Of a DNA stretch of 64,000 bases, positions 50,120 to 61,100 are shown piece after piece. The stretch is from NCBI GenBank assembly GCA_030537455.1, contig JAUNMR010000014.1, forward strand, positions 4,650-68,649, in the 5' to 3' direction. The translations under genes and the position numbers were made by a program. The notes under the pieces were generated by a model that was given only the letters and a program-made list of their open reading frames with translations, was not told the DNA's origin and did not search any database. Origin of the DNA: Planctomycetia bacterium. Its GTDB lineage: Bacteria; Planctomycetota; Planctomycetia; Pirellulales; Thermoguttaceae. Every line of letters begins with the position of its first letter. Position 1 is the stretch's first letter.

Positions 50120-52645
50120 TTAATCAGAGGTTTTACCGCCAAATTTCTCGTGGCAGGTGGAATTACACGTGCTTTCCACGACTTTAAAGGCGTCCTTCAT
50201 GGCGTCGAAATCGCCCTTACCGGCGGCGACGTCATTAGCGCACGCGTTGAAATCCAGCGCGGCGGTAGCGAGACGTTCGCAATATTCACGCCAGAGCGCA
50301 TCCTCCTTCGGCGCAAGGGTCTGGTCGACGTTTTCACGACACCCCAACGCAATCGCAACCAAGATCGTAGAGGCGTCGACGACTTTCTTAGCGTTGTTTC
50401 CACGAAGGAAGGTCTTTTCGTTACGACCAAGTCGCTTGATATCAGTCGACAGCGACGGCACGGCATATTTCATTAGCGGTTGCAACGACGCGACCTCATG
50501 CCACTGAAGCTGATCGTCGACCTTAGCGCCGGGCTTGAGCGCGTCCAACGCTTTCACCGCCGCCTCTATCTCCTCTGCGTTTCCAGCCGAGGCGATTGTA
50601 CTGGCGATTTCAACCAATTCCTTCGCAACACTCTTGAGTGGCGCGTCCTCTTTACTAACGCCAAGAGCAAGCGCAACGACCGCCAGAGCATTGGCGTCAC
50701 GACGCACCGCGACCGCCCCATCGTCGAAACTGGGGATCATCTTCATATCGTCGACGTCACGCTTGAGCGCCTCACAAAGAGAATCAATTGCGCTCACGAG
50801 GTTCTCCGCGCTAGGCAAACGCTCTTCTTGTGCCTGAGCGGAATATACGTTCTCTAGCTCAGCAAAAAAAAAATTATGCTTTTCGGTCGAGGAAACGCGC
50901 GGAAAGACCTTCTTGGCCGCTTCGTCCGCTTGAACGCGTGCTTGTTGTGCGGCGTCGTTCGCTTTCGTAAGAGCCGCTTGCGCGTCTGTCAGCGCTTCAC
51001 TGAGGGTTTCGGCATTCTTTTGAGCATTCGTCAGTTGCTCTTGCGCTTCGACCAGTAGAGGCTTGGTATCGTCCCATGCCTTCTTCAATTCAGTCGCCAA
51101 TTGCTTGGCTTGCGCCAAAGCGTTTTGGGAATCTTCAAGAGCGCTGGAGGTCTGAGCGAGCGCGGCGACCTGCTTGTCGAGTTCAGCGCCTGCGGCTTGA
51201 GCAGCTGCGTCAGCCTTAGCGACGGCGTCAACCTTAGCGGCAACCTCGCCTTCCAGGCGTTTCACTTCCGCTTGCGCGGTCTCAACTGCCTTCTTAGCGT
51301 CTGCGTCGGCAGTTTGCGCATTGGTTTGAGCGGTATTAGCGGCGTCAAGCGCGGTCTTGAGCTGCGCGACCTTAGCGTCGGCGTTCCCTTGAGCGTCTTT
51401 CGCTTGCGCTAGGCTCGTTTGAGCGGTAGCGATACGTTCATCCGCGGCATTTTTCGCTTCTTCAGCTTTCGCAACGTCTTGACGCGCGGCGTCTTTGGCT
51501 TCATCGTCGAGGTTTTCATCGGCTTCAGCGGCGGCGAGTTTTTCACGCGCGGCGGCTAGCGCGGCGTCAGCGTCGGCGGCGACTCTGGTCGCTTCTTCAA
51601 CGGCGGCTTGAGCTTGTTGTACGGTCGCCGCGGCGGCGTCGGCGGCGTTCTTAGCGGCGTCGTAAACCTTTTGAGCGTCGGCGAGTTTCGTGGCGCAAGC
51701 CGTTAACGCTTGCTGCGCGGCGGCGGCGCCGTCTTGCGCCTTAGCGAGCGCGGCGGCGGCAACTTGCGCTTGTTCTTGCACGGCGTCGCGCTGTTCGGTC
51801 GCGGAGGTCAGATTAGCGTTCGCGACGTTTTTCGCGTCGGTCTGCTTAGCAACAGCGTCCTTGGCGTTCTTTTCGGTCTCGGTATTAGCGGCAACGGCTT
51901 GCGCGCGAGCTTGGACTTCTTTATCCTGCGCTTCATACTTCTGCTGGGCGTCATTCGTGGCGCTCTGGCGCTCCTGTACGATTTGCGTCAAATTTTGGAC
52001 GTTCGCGCGCGCGGCTTCGTTCTCTTTGGTAAGGGTCGTAACCTTTTCGGCGGCGGCTTTTAGCGCAAGAAGCGCGGCGTCGGCTGCAGCGGACGCCTGT
52101 TCAGCCGCCGCTTTCAGAGCCGCTTGCTCCTTAACGAAATCGCCAAAATCGAAAGAAGAAGGATTTAACGCCACTGCGCCCGCGGCAGTGGCGTTGGGAC
52201 TAAAAGACGAGGGGGTCTCAACTTTCTTGGCAGGGGTGGAGAACGCAAAGCTCGGCGCCGCGCCGGTGGTTGCCGCGGCGGCGGAATTAAAATTAAAGAC
52301 CGGGGCGTCGCCAGTGGTCGCCGCAGCGTTGAAATTAAAGGACGGAGCTGCGCCGGTCGTGCCCGAGCCGACAAAGTTGAAGGACGCAGTCGCTCCGGTC
52401 GTGCCTGCCATCGCAGGAGCGCCGGACATAACGACGCCAGTTCGAGACTGATTGAGCTTGAGGCGTTCGTTAAAACGTTTCACTGTATCGGCGTAAGCGT
52501 CCTTATCGTCCTGAATTTCGACAGCGTCGTCGTCGTCGATTTGAATCTCGCGCGATGGATTGCAACCGAGCGTTCCTAAGCCACAAATCAAGCTCAAAGC
52601 TACAAAGTAACTGAGCGAACGACCAAAACTAAATCGCTTGTTCAT
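50120..52645 (-). CDS. Lipoprotein with SFNF repeats, a long Ala-rich coiled coil and a C-terminal cytochrome c'-like helical domain carrying CX3CH
   Basis: 841 aa with lipobox LGTLG|C. Four (T)TGAAPSFNF repeats are followed by about 430 aa of A/Q/K/E/D-rich heptad-like sequence. The C-terminus reads FDAMKDAFKVVESTCNSTCHEKFGGKTSD. Confidence 0.75.
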   Translation of the reverse strand: MNKRFSFGRSLSYFVALSLICGLGTLGCNPSREIQIDDDDAVEIQDDKDAYADTVKRFNERLKLNQSRTGVVMSGAPAMAGTTGATASFNFVGSGTTGAAPSFNFNAAATTGDAPVFNFNSAAAATTGAAPSFAFSTPAKKVETPSSFSPNATAAGAVALNPSSFDFGDFVKEQAALKAAAEQASAAADAALLALKAAAEKVTTLTKENEAARANVQNLTQIVQERQSATNDAQQKYEAQDKEVQARAQAVAANTETEKNAKDAVAKQTDAKNVANANLTSATEQRDAVQEQAQVAAAALAKAQDGAAAAQQALTACATKLADAQKVYDAAKNAADAAAATVQQAQAAVEEATRVAADADAALAAAREKLAAAEADENLDDEAKDAARQDVAKAEEAKNAADERIATAQTSLAQAKDAQGNADAKVAQLKTALDAANTAQTNAQTADADAKKAVETAQAEVKRLEGEVAAKVDAVAKADAAAQAAGAELDKQVAALAQTSSALEDSQNALAQAKQLATELKKAWDDTKPLLVEAQEQLTNAQKNAETLSEALTDAQAALTKANDAAQQARVQADEAAKKVFPRVSSTEKHNFFFAELENVYSAQAQEERLPSAENLVSAIDSLCEALKRDVDDMKMIPSFDDGAVAVRRDANALAVVALALGVSKEDAPLKSVAKELVEIASTIASAGNAEEIEAAVKALDALKPGAKVDDQLQWHEVASLQPLMKYAVPSLSTDIKRLGRNEKTFLRGNNAKKVVDASTILVAIALGCRENVDQTLAPKEDALWREYCERLATAALDFNACANDVAAGKGDFDAMKDAFKVVESTCNSTCHEKFGGKTSD
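52238..52405 (-). repeat. Four degenerate tandem repeats encoding TTGA(A/T)(A/P)SFNF-type units
   Basis: Residues 81-136 read GTTGATASFNF / VGSGTTGAAPSFNF / NAAATTGDAPVFNF / NSAAAATTGAAPSFAF. Confidence 0.7.
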
Positions 52646-52791
52646 TTCACATCCTAATTTATATCGGACTGCTTATCGACACAAACCGACGAAGACGTCC
52701 TGAAAAACCATGGCGAACACACGCCGTACATAGGCGCTAAATTAGTCTGATTCCTCGCAAAAAGCATAGGAAAGCACACGACCGTAGCGTT

Positions 52792-52820
52792 CTGACACTA
52801 CTGCTCATTGCTATTATAAT
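52792..52820 (+). promoter_or_regulatory. Candidate promoter CTGACA-N17-TATAAT upstream of the NagB-LmbE gene
   Basis: ctgaca ctactgctcattgctat tataat lies about 210 nt upstream of the ATG at 53033. Confidence 0.3.
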
Positions 52821-53032
52821 AACGCGTAGAGATTTTTCGAGGGGAAAGACGTCAAAAACCGTTTATTTCCTCTAGTTTGTAGGAATCAAGCTTGTCTAAC
52901 CTCGTTTCAATCGCTACAAATAGACAGTAGTTTTACATTGAACGACTCCCAAATTACCGAGTCGACGCGTTGCGTTTTGTCGTACGACGTTCCTCGAGGG
53001 CGTCAGATAAAAAAATAGAAAGTTTTGTTAAA

Positions 53033-54928
53033 ATGAACAAATTAGCGTCGCTTCCTCATGTCGCCTTACCGGCTCGGAACGTAGAAGCGCCCACCTACGT
53101 GTTTGACTCAGGCGTAGACGCAAGCAATCATGTTGCGTGGCAAATAGCGGGTATCATCCGTGAGCGCAATTCATTGGGTCGTAGCGCCACACTGGGACTG
53201 GTCTCCGGCTCCAGTCCGACGGGCGTGTATCAGGAACTAGTGCGCATTCATGAGGAGGAGGGTCTGGATTTCTCGCGTGTTTCGATCTTCATCGTCAATG
53301 AATATTACGGGTTAGATCCGGATCGTTTGCAGAGTTTGCGACGTTGGTTGATGGACAACTTCGTTAAGAAGACGAATGTGCGCCCGGAAAACGTTCACTT
53401 TCTTGACGCAACTTTGCCCGTGAATAAGATCGACGCGAGTTGTCGGCGTTACGAAGAGGAGATTGCCGGAGCGGGCGGTTTGGACGTACTACTCCTTGGC
53501 GTGGCGCCGAACGGTTCGGTCGGATTCAATGAGCCTTACACGTCTCGCAAGAGTCGTACGCGGTTAGTACAACTAGACCCTCAGACGCGTCTGAACGCGG
53601 CAGGTCTTTTCTTCAGCGAGTCGAACGTCCCGACCCACGGACTGACAATTGGCTTCGGCACCATTATGGAGGCGCGTAAAATTGTAGTCTTGGCGTTTGG
53701 CGACAGCAAGGCGTCGGTCATTCAACGCGCGCTGGAGGAACCGCTCTGCGACGCCACGCCCGCGGGATGGTTGCGCGCACATCCGGACGTGTCCTTCATT
53801 CTCGACCGCAACGCCGCCGCCGCTTTGCAAGACGTTGCCACGCCCTGGCGTACGCGACAAGTCGAATGGGATCCGCAAATGACCAAGCGTGCCGTGCTCT
53901 GGTTATGCGAGCGTTGTAATAAGGCGCTACTAAAACTCTCCGACACAGATTTCCGCGCCTTTGGACTACACTCCCTTCTCAGAGAAAAGGGACCTGCGGC
54001 GGTGATCTGCGAAACCGTCTTCAATCAAATGCTCGACACCATCGCACAGCATCCCTGTGGCACAACGCGCAAACGCATTCTGGCGTTCAGTCCTCACCCG
54101 GACGACGACGTCATTAGCATGGGAGGAACAATGATTCGTCTGGTCAACGACAATCACGAGTTCCACGTCGCCTATATGACCAGCGGCAATATCGCGGTCA
54201 ACGACCACGACGCTTATCGTATCGCCGACCTACTTGCTGAAATTCATAAGCAGTTCGACTGCGAATCGAAGATCACCGAGATCTTTAGTGAAAAGGTTGA
54301 AGAACCGTTGCGCGAGAAGAAGCCGGGCGACCGTGACACGCAGGAAGTTTTGCGCGTTAAAAGACTTATTCGCTGGAGTGAAGCGCGCGCCGCCGACCAG
54401 GTCTGCGGAATACCGGTGGAACGCGTGCACTTCCTGAACCTGCCCTTCTACGACACCGGCACAGTCGAAAAATTGCCGCCCACCGAATCCGATCGCAAGA
54501 TCGTCAGAGAACTCATTGAAACCTTACAGCCGGAACACATTTTTGTCGCGGGCGATCTGACAGATCCACACGGTACGCACCGCGTATGCGCTCTGGTCGT
54601 CTTCTCTGTACTCAAGGAGATGGTACAAGAAGGTTACGAATTGCCAGAAGTCCTGCTCTATCGTGGCGCATGGCAAGAGTGGCCCTTGGATCAGATTGAA
54701 ATAGCCGTGCCGCTGTCGCCGAGAGATTCGGAAAAGAAGCGCGAGGCGATTTTCCGCCACGCCTCACAAAAGGACGGAGCGCTCTTCCTCGGTTCAGACA
54801 ATCGCGAGTTCTGGCAAAGAGCCGAAGACAGAAATATCGCCACCGCTGACTCTTACAATCGTATCGGCTTGCCTGAATACTATGCGGTGGAAGCGTTTGT
54901 ACGTTGGGACGGAAGCTTTGAAGTCTAG
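53033..54928 (+). CDS. Glucosamine-6-phosphate deaminase-like domain fused to a PIG-L/LmbE-family deacetylase domain
   Basis: The N-terminal half is NagB/6-phosphogluconolactonase-like (LGLVSGSSPTGVYQEL, LLLGVAPNGSVGFNEP). The C-terminal half is PIG-L-like (ILAFSPHPDDDVISMGG, DLTDPHGTHR). The track start at 52970 is a TTG, and the first ATG is at 53033. Confidence 0.75.
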   Translation: MNKLASLPHVALPARNVEAPTYVFDSGVDASNHVAWQIAGIIRERNSLGRSATLGLVSGSSPTGVYQELVRIHEEEGLDFSRVSIFIVNEYYGLDPDRLQSLRRWLMDNFVKKTNVRPENVHFLDATLPVNKIDASCRRYEEEIAGAGGLDVLLLGVAPNGSVGFNEPYTSRKSRTRLVQLDPQTRLNAAGLFFSESNVPTHGLTIGFGTIMEARKIVVLAFGDSKASVIQRALEEPLCDATPAGWLRAHPDVSFILDRNAAAALQDVATPWRTRQVEWDPQMTKRAVLWLCERCNKALLKLSDTDFRAFGLHSLLREKGPAAVICETVFNQMLDTIAQHPCGTTRKRILAFSPHPDDDVISMGGTMIRLVNDNHEFHVAYMTSGNIAVNDHDAYRIADLLAEIHKQFDCESKITEIFSEKVEEPLREKKPGDRDTQEVLRVKRLIRWSEARAADQVCGIPVERVHFLNLPFYDTGTVEKLPPTESDRKIVRELIETLQPEHIFVAGDLTDPHGTHRVCALVVFSVLKEMVQEGYELPEVLLYRGAWQEWPLDQIEIAVPLSPRDSEKKREAIFRHASQKDGALFLGSDNREFWQRAEDRNIATADSYNRIGLPEYYAVEAFVRWDGSFEV

Positions 54929-54993
54929 AGGTTTAATCGTTTACAAGCACAACGTTGTCGGTAAGACGTTCGTCTTATAGATATATAAAAGTT

Positions 54994-55041
54994 AAAACAA
55001 CGCGTCGTCATACCCAACTGCAATGGCGGCGCGTTGTTTTT
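54994..55041 (+). terminator. Intrinsic terminator for the NagB-LmbE gene
   Basis: aaaacaacgcgtcgtcat acccaactgca atggcggcgcgttgtttt forms an 18-bp stem (two G-U pairs), and a T-run follows. Confidence 0.6.
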
Positions 55042-55057
55042 ATTTACAAACCAATGA

Positions 55058-55090
55058 AAAAGGACGCTCAGGAGAATTGGGCGTCCTTTT
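55058..55090 (-). terminator. Intrinsic terminator for the giant FN3 gene
   Basis: The minus strand reads aaaaggacgc ccaattctcctga gcgtcctttt followed by t. It lies 45 nt after the stop at 55135. Confidence 0.6.
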
Positions 55091-55134
55091 ATATCATCAA
55101 CCTATAACGTCGTTAACCGACTGATTTACGCTAC

Positions 55135-58100
55135 TTAGAAGAGATCTTCGAAGACCTTGCGGAAAACGTCCTTGGAGACGCTGTCCTTTGCGACCGACTG
55201 GCTGTCGACGAGGTTAAGCGCTAGTGAATCGAGCGACTCTTCAAGTTCATCGCCATCGAAGAGTTCGTCGAAAATCGCGGTCGATTCGCCGGTGGCGGTG
55301 TTGTAGGAGCCATAGACCCAGTTGGACGCGGTATTATCCTCGCTAATGGCCTGTACGCGGAATTCGTAGGTCAGACCGTAAATCGCATTATTGAGCGTCG
55401 CGGAGTTACCGCTGGTTGACAACGTGTACCAATCGGTCGTCTCGGCCTGGCGATACTGCGCGGCGTAGCTAGTCGCCACGTCGTTCCAAGCCACGGTAAT
55501 TTGACGCTTCTTGCTAGAGTAAGCGTAACCGGTAATCGTAGGATCTTCAATGTTTTCGGTGGAAACAACCGAGTAGGAATCGACGAGCCAATCGGAATAA
55601 CCATAGTTATTGAAGGCGGCGACGCGGAAGTAGTAGACGCGACCGGCTACTAGCCCGGACGCGACGCGCGAGGTCGCGTCCGCTTGAAGGTACGCCGAGT
55701 CGTTCCAGGTCTCGCCGTCGTTGACGCTGTACTCGACCTTAAAGCCCTTCTCGTTGGACGACGTGTCGGTCCAGCTCATAACGACGGTATTGGATTGTGC
55801 GTCGTAATCGGAGAAGACCAGATCCGTCGGAGCCGAAGGAATATTACTACTGGAGGAGACCTCGTAGGCGTCGCTCACGAGCCAATCGGACGCGCCACTG
55901 GCGTTGTAAGCGGCAACGCGGAAGAGGTACGTACGGCTGGCCGAAACGCTCGTCGCCACGCGCGAGGTCACGTTCGCGCCGTAATTACCCGCGGCATACC
56001 AGGTCTCACCGCCGTCGACGCTATATTGAACCTTATAACCGGTTTCATTCGTCGCGTTATCAGTCCAAGACATAGCCAAGGTGCGCGCGTCTGCATCGTA
56101 ATCGCCGAAGAGGAAGTCGGTCGGAGCCGCTGGCGCGTCGCTGGCGGCGGGAACCGTGAACTGACCGTAAGTCCAACCGGAACGACCGAAGGCGTTGTAG
56201 GAACGCACGCGGAATTGGTACGTAACGTTCGGACGCAGACCGGTGGCGGTACGGTACGCAATGTCAGCAGAAGTATTGCCGGAGGTATACCAGTTGTCGC
56301 CGCCGTCGATGCTGTACTCGACATTGAAGCCGATTTCATCGTTAGAGGCGTCGGTCCACGACATTTTAACGGTGTTATTGGCGTAATCGGAGAATACGAT
56401 TTCGCCCGGCGCGTTCGGAGCGCCAGACGGCGTGGTGTAGACGCCGGTGGCCCAATCGGAGTAGACCGAACCGTTGTAGGCCGCCACGCGGAAGTAGTAC
56501 GTACGACCCGGCGTCATCTTGGTCGCTACACGCGAGGTCACGTTCGCCTCGGTACGACCAGCGCCATGCCAGTTTTCCCCGTCATAGCTATACTGCACGA
56601 CAAAGCCGGTCTCGTCCTCGGAATTATCGGTCCAGGACATCGGCAATTCGCCGTTGGAGTACTCGCCAAAGACGATATCGCTCGGCGCGTTGATCGTGGA
56701 GTAAGGCACGACATAGGTCGCGGTCGCCCAGTCGGAGTAACCGGCGGAATTATAGGCGGCAACGCGGAAGTAATAGGTACGTCCCTCGACCAGACCGGTG
56801 GCGCGACGCGAAGTGACGTCTGCGTCGGTAGTACCGGCGCCGTACCAGTTCTCGTTATCGTAACTGAACTGCACGACAAAGCGTTCTTCGTCGTCGGAGT
56901 TATCGGTCCAGGACATGGTGACTTCCACGCCGGAAGCAGTCGCCTCGTAGTCGGAGAAGACGATATTCGACGGCGCGGCGGGCGCGGTCGTACCGGAGGT
57001 CGGCACGGTAAACTGACCGGTCGCCCAGTCAGAGACGCCGTAAAGATTGTAGGACGCCACGCGGAAGTAATAGGTACGACCTTCCACCAGACCGGTGGCG
57101 ACGCGCGAGGTCACGTTCGCGCCGACCGTCTCCACGGAGAACCATTCGGTCTGATCGAAACTGCACTGAATCTTGAATCCCAGCTCGTTATTGGAGTTAT
57201 CGACCCAAGTCATGGTCGCTTCTTTTGCGTCGGCGTCGTACTCGCTGAAAGCGACGTCGCTCGGCGCGCTCGGGATTTCCGCCGGAGTATCGAAGGACGT
57301 CTCCACCCAGTCGGAGTATCCGATATCGTTGAAGGCGGCCAGACGGAAGTAATAGGTGCGACCCGGCGTGAGACCATTGGCGACGCGAGAGGTCACATTG
57401 GCGTCGAGGAAAGCCGCGTCGATCCAAGTCTCTTGGTCGTAGCTGTACTGGACGTGGAAGCCGGTCTCATTCGTGGCATTGTCGGTCCAGGTCATCGTCG
57501 CTTTGTGTGTGAGCTCGTCGTAGCTGCTCACAGTGAAGTCGGACGGCGCTGCCGGAGGTTCAGACGTGGTTGTGGTAATGGAGAACTCGACCTTCTCGGA
57601 GTCGCCCAGTTCATTGGACGCCCAGATGCGATAGGTAAAGGTCGCGTTGTCGGTCAGACCGGAAACGGTATAGGAGACGTCGTCGTAATTCTCAACGAGG
57701 GTCGTCCATTCGCTGTCGACCAGTTGTTCGATACTATAGGAGGTCGCGTAAGGCACGGCGGTCCAGGTCGCGGTCGCTTTACCGGTGGCGCTGACGTACT
57801 CGCCAAAGGTCACGTCGGTCGGAGCGGCGGGAGGAGCCGCGGTGAAGAACTCGATCTCGTCGGAGGAACCGTCGCCGATCGAATTAAAGGCGACAACACG
57901 ATAATTGTAGGTCGTATTATCTTCCAGCGACAAGACGTATCCCAGGGAGTCGGTCACGGCGACGACGACCCAGTCGCCGCTGGAACCGAGGACTTCGAAA
58001 CGATAGCCGTCGGCGTATTCCACTTCGTTCCAACTGAGCGTCAAACTGCCGGTGGTAAAGTCGTAATCGCTAGCGACCAGGGTGAGCGTCGCAGAAGGCG

Positions 58101-61100
58101 CCAACATTGTACTGACTTCGACGAAAGCTTCTTCGGAAGCGCCGGCCTGGTTCACGGCTGTCACGCTAATGACGTAGTCTTTGTAGTTCTCAAGACCGGT
58201 CACATCGAAGGTCGTGTCAGTCGTGGTTCCAATGATCGTGTAAGGACCTTCGACGCCGTCGGCATAGAGCTTGATCTGATAGGATTCAGCGCCTTGGGAT
58301 TCGGTCCATGACAGAGTAATCAAGCCGTCGCCGGCGTAATTCTCGGTGGTCACTGTCAGGTCGGAGACCGTCGCGGGCGCAGTCGTCGTGGCAAGGTCAA
58401 TCGACGCAATACTCGATTCGCCGTCGCTATTGTACGCGCTTACGCCGAAGACATAGTCCGTATTGAGTTCCAGGTTCTGGATTGTGTACGTGTTGGAGAT
58501 CGAGGACAGATTCGCTATTTGTTGCCACGCGCCGTCTTGGTCAGCCTGATACACGTAGTATCCGGTAGCGCCGTCGCTGAGGCTCCAAGAGAGATTCGCG
58601 CTAAGCGAACCTTGGAAGAATTCGATCGCCAAGTCAGTCGGCGCTTGTGGCGCCTGCGAGGTATAGATCGACGCTTCCACCCATTGGGAGGAACCGATTT
58701 CGTTATACGCGGCGACGCGATAACGGTAGGTCGTGTAGTCGCTCATGCCCGAGACGGTGTAGCTGGTCGCGGTTTCCTCCTCGAGCGAGACAACGCCCCA
58801 GGATTCGGAATCGGCGTCATATACTTCAAGCGTATAACCAGTAGCGAACTCGACAGCGGACCAGGTCAAGGTCGCTTCTTTCGCTTCGGCGTCGTAGGCG
58901 CCAAACGCGGCGTCGCTCGGCGCCGCGGGCGGAGCCGACGTGAAGAAGGTCGAAGAGGCGCTCGAGCCGTCGCCCTTAGCGTTAAAGGCGACAACACGAT
59001 AGGTATACGCGCTATTGGGGTCGAGCGTCAAGGCATATTCGGTATCAGTAGTCGTCGCAACGGTTTGCCACGTGGTCGAGGAAACTTGCTGTTCCACGCG
59101 ATAGCCGGTCGCTTCCGCGACGTCGTTCCATTCCAGGAGCGTCGTACCGGCGGTATAGTCGTAGGCGTTGACAACCAGGGTCAACTCTTCGGTCGGAACG
59201 AACGCGGTCGACAGATCATAGGTCGCGTAGTCAGAGGCGAGCGTCTGGGAGCCGCGCGTGGCGTAGGCGGCGACGCCGACGACATAGGTCTGGTAATTCT
59301 CGAGACCTTCAATCGTAACGGTCGTGGTCGTCGCCGTACCAACTTGCGTCCAAGCGCCTTCTACTTGTACCGCAACGATATATCCTTCGGCATGGTCAAC
59401 GGCGTCCCAGGTGATTTGCGTGGAACCGGAGCCGTCGTATTCATCGACCAGAGCGATATTTTGCGGGGCGTCCGGCGCAACTGTCGTGTCGAGCGTCACG
59501 GGCGTTGCGTAATCGGAAACGCCTTCGTCATTGAACGCCACGACGGTGTAGACGTATTCGGAATAATCTTCCAGACCGGAGAGCGCATAGCTGGTCGTAT
59601 TGGCCGCCAAATCGGAACCGACCTGCGTCCAGCCGGACTCGGTCTGTAGATAGACGCGGTAACCGGAGGCGTAATCAACGGCGTTCCAAGACAATTCCGC
59701 GGCGCCGTCGGCGTAATCGCCAATCGTAAGTCCCGTGGGCGCTTGCGGTTCTGCGGAGGCGGTGAAGGTAACTTCCGTAGCCGAAGAGGTTCCGTAAGAG
59801 TTAGACGCCGTAACGCGGAAGGAGTACTCTTGATTGTCGACCAGATCTTCGGCGGTGTAGGAGGTTTCCGCGCCGCTGTACACAAGCGTCCAGGTAGAAT
59901 CTTGGAGCTGATAGACGCTATAGGAGGTCGCATACTCGCTGGAGTAACTGAGCGTTGCGGTATTAGCGTCTTTGTCGTAACGATAGCTCAGCGCGGGCGC
60001 TTCGGGCGCGGCGGCGGTGAAATAGGTCGTTTCGCCTTGCGAACCGACGCCGGCGGCATTACCAGCGCTCACGCGGAACGTATAGGTCGTATTGGGCGTC
60101 AGACCAGTGAGCGCATAGCTCGTGTCAGTCGCGGCATTGTCCAGCACGGTCCAAGCGCCGGAGCCGACCTGTTGTTCCACAATGTAGTAACCGGCGGTTT
60201 CCAGCGCGTTCCAGGCCAAAGTCGCGGTCGCGGCGTCGGCGTTGTAATCGGAAACGGTCAGGGTCAGTTCGCCGGTGGGCGCCACGAGAGTATCGAGACT
60301 CGCTTCCACCGCGCTGGAGTATTTCGTCTGATCCCCTACGGTCGTGTAGGCGCTCACGCGATAGGTATAGAAGGAGTTCTCTTCGACCGTCGCGGTATAA
60401 GTCGTCGCGTTCGTCGTATCGACGACTTCCCAGCCGTCGCTGGTCTTCTGCTCGATCTGATAGCCGGTAGCGTTGGTCACGGCGCTCCAGGTCAGGGTCG
60501 CGCTGGTTCCGCCGTCGTAGTCACTGAAGCGCACGTTTGTAGGCGCGGTCGGAGCCACAACGGTATTCAGGTCGATCGAGGCGTAGTCAGAATACAGACG
60601 TTCACCGTCGCGTGTGGCATAAGCGGCGACGCCAAAGACGTATTCGGCGTTGTCAGAAAGACCGGTGATCGTATAGGAGGTTGACGTAGTCGTGCGCAGA
60701 ATCGTCCATGAACCATTGTCGTAACGCGCGACGGCATAGCCAGTTGCGTTCTCAACCGCGCTCCAGCTCAGGGTCGCGCGACCATTGGCGTATTCGGAAC
60801 TCCAGGTCAAATCGGTCGGCGCCGCGGGCGCTACTGTGGTATTGAGACTAATTTCGGCGTAGTCGGAATAGAGCGTATCGGAATCGGTTTCCGCGTAAGC
60901 CGCGACGCTAAATTCATAGGTCGTATTGTCTTGCAGACCACTGAAAGTAAAGGCCGTATCGGAGGCGGATCCCAAAACGACCCATTCGCCGTCAACCTTC
61001 TGACGCACGGAATAACCGGTAGCGTTTTCAACGGCGGTCCAAATCAGGGTCGCGGAACCGCTGCCATCGTAGGACGCGCTCCATGCCAGATTAGTCGGCG

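Noticed and set aside
51690-52451. A 253-aa Ala/Cys/Ser-rich plus-strand ORF, plus several shorter ones.
   Set aside because: It is antisense to the Ala-rich coiled-coil segment of the lipoprotein gene. GCN-rich coding sequence gives open antisense frames.
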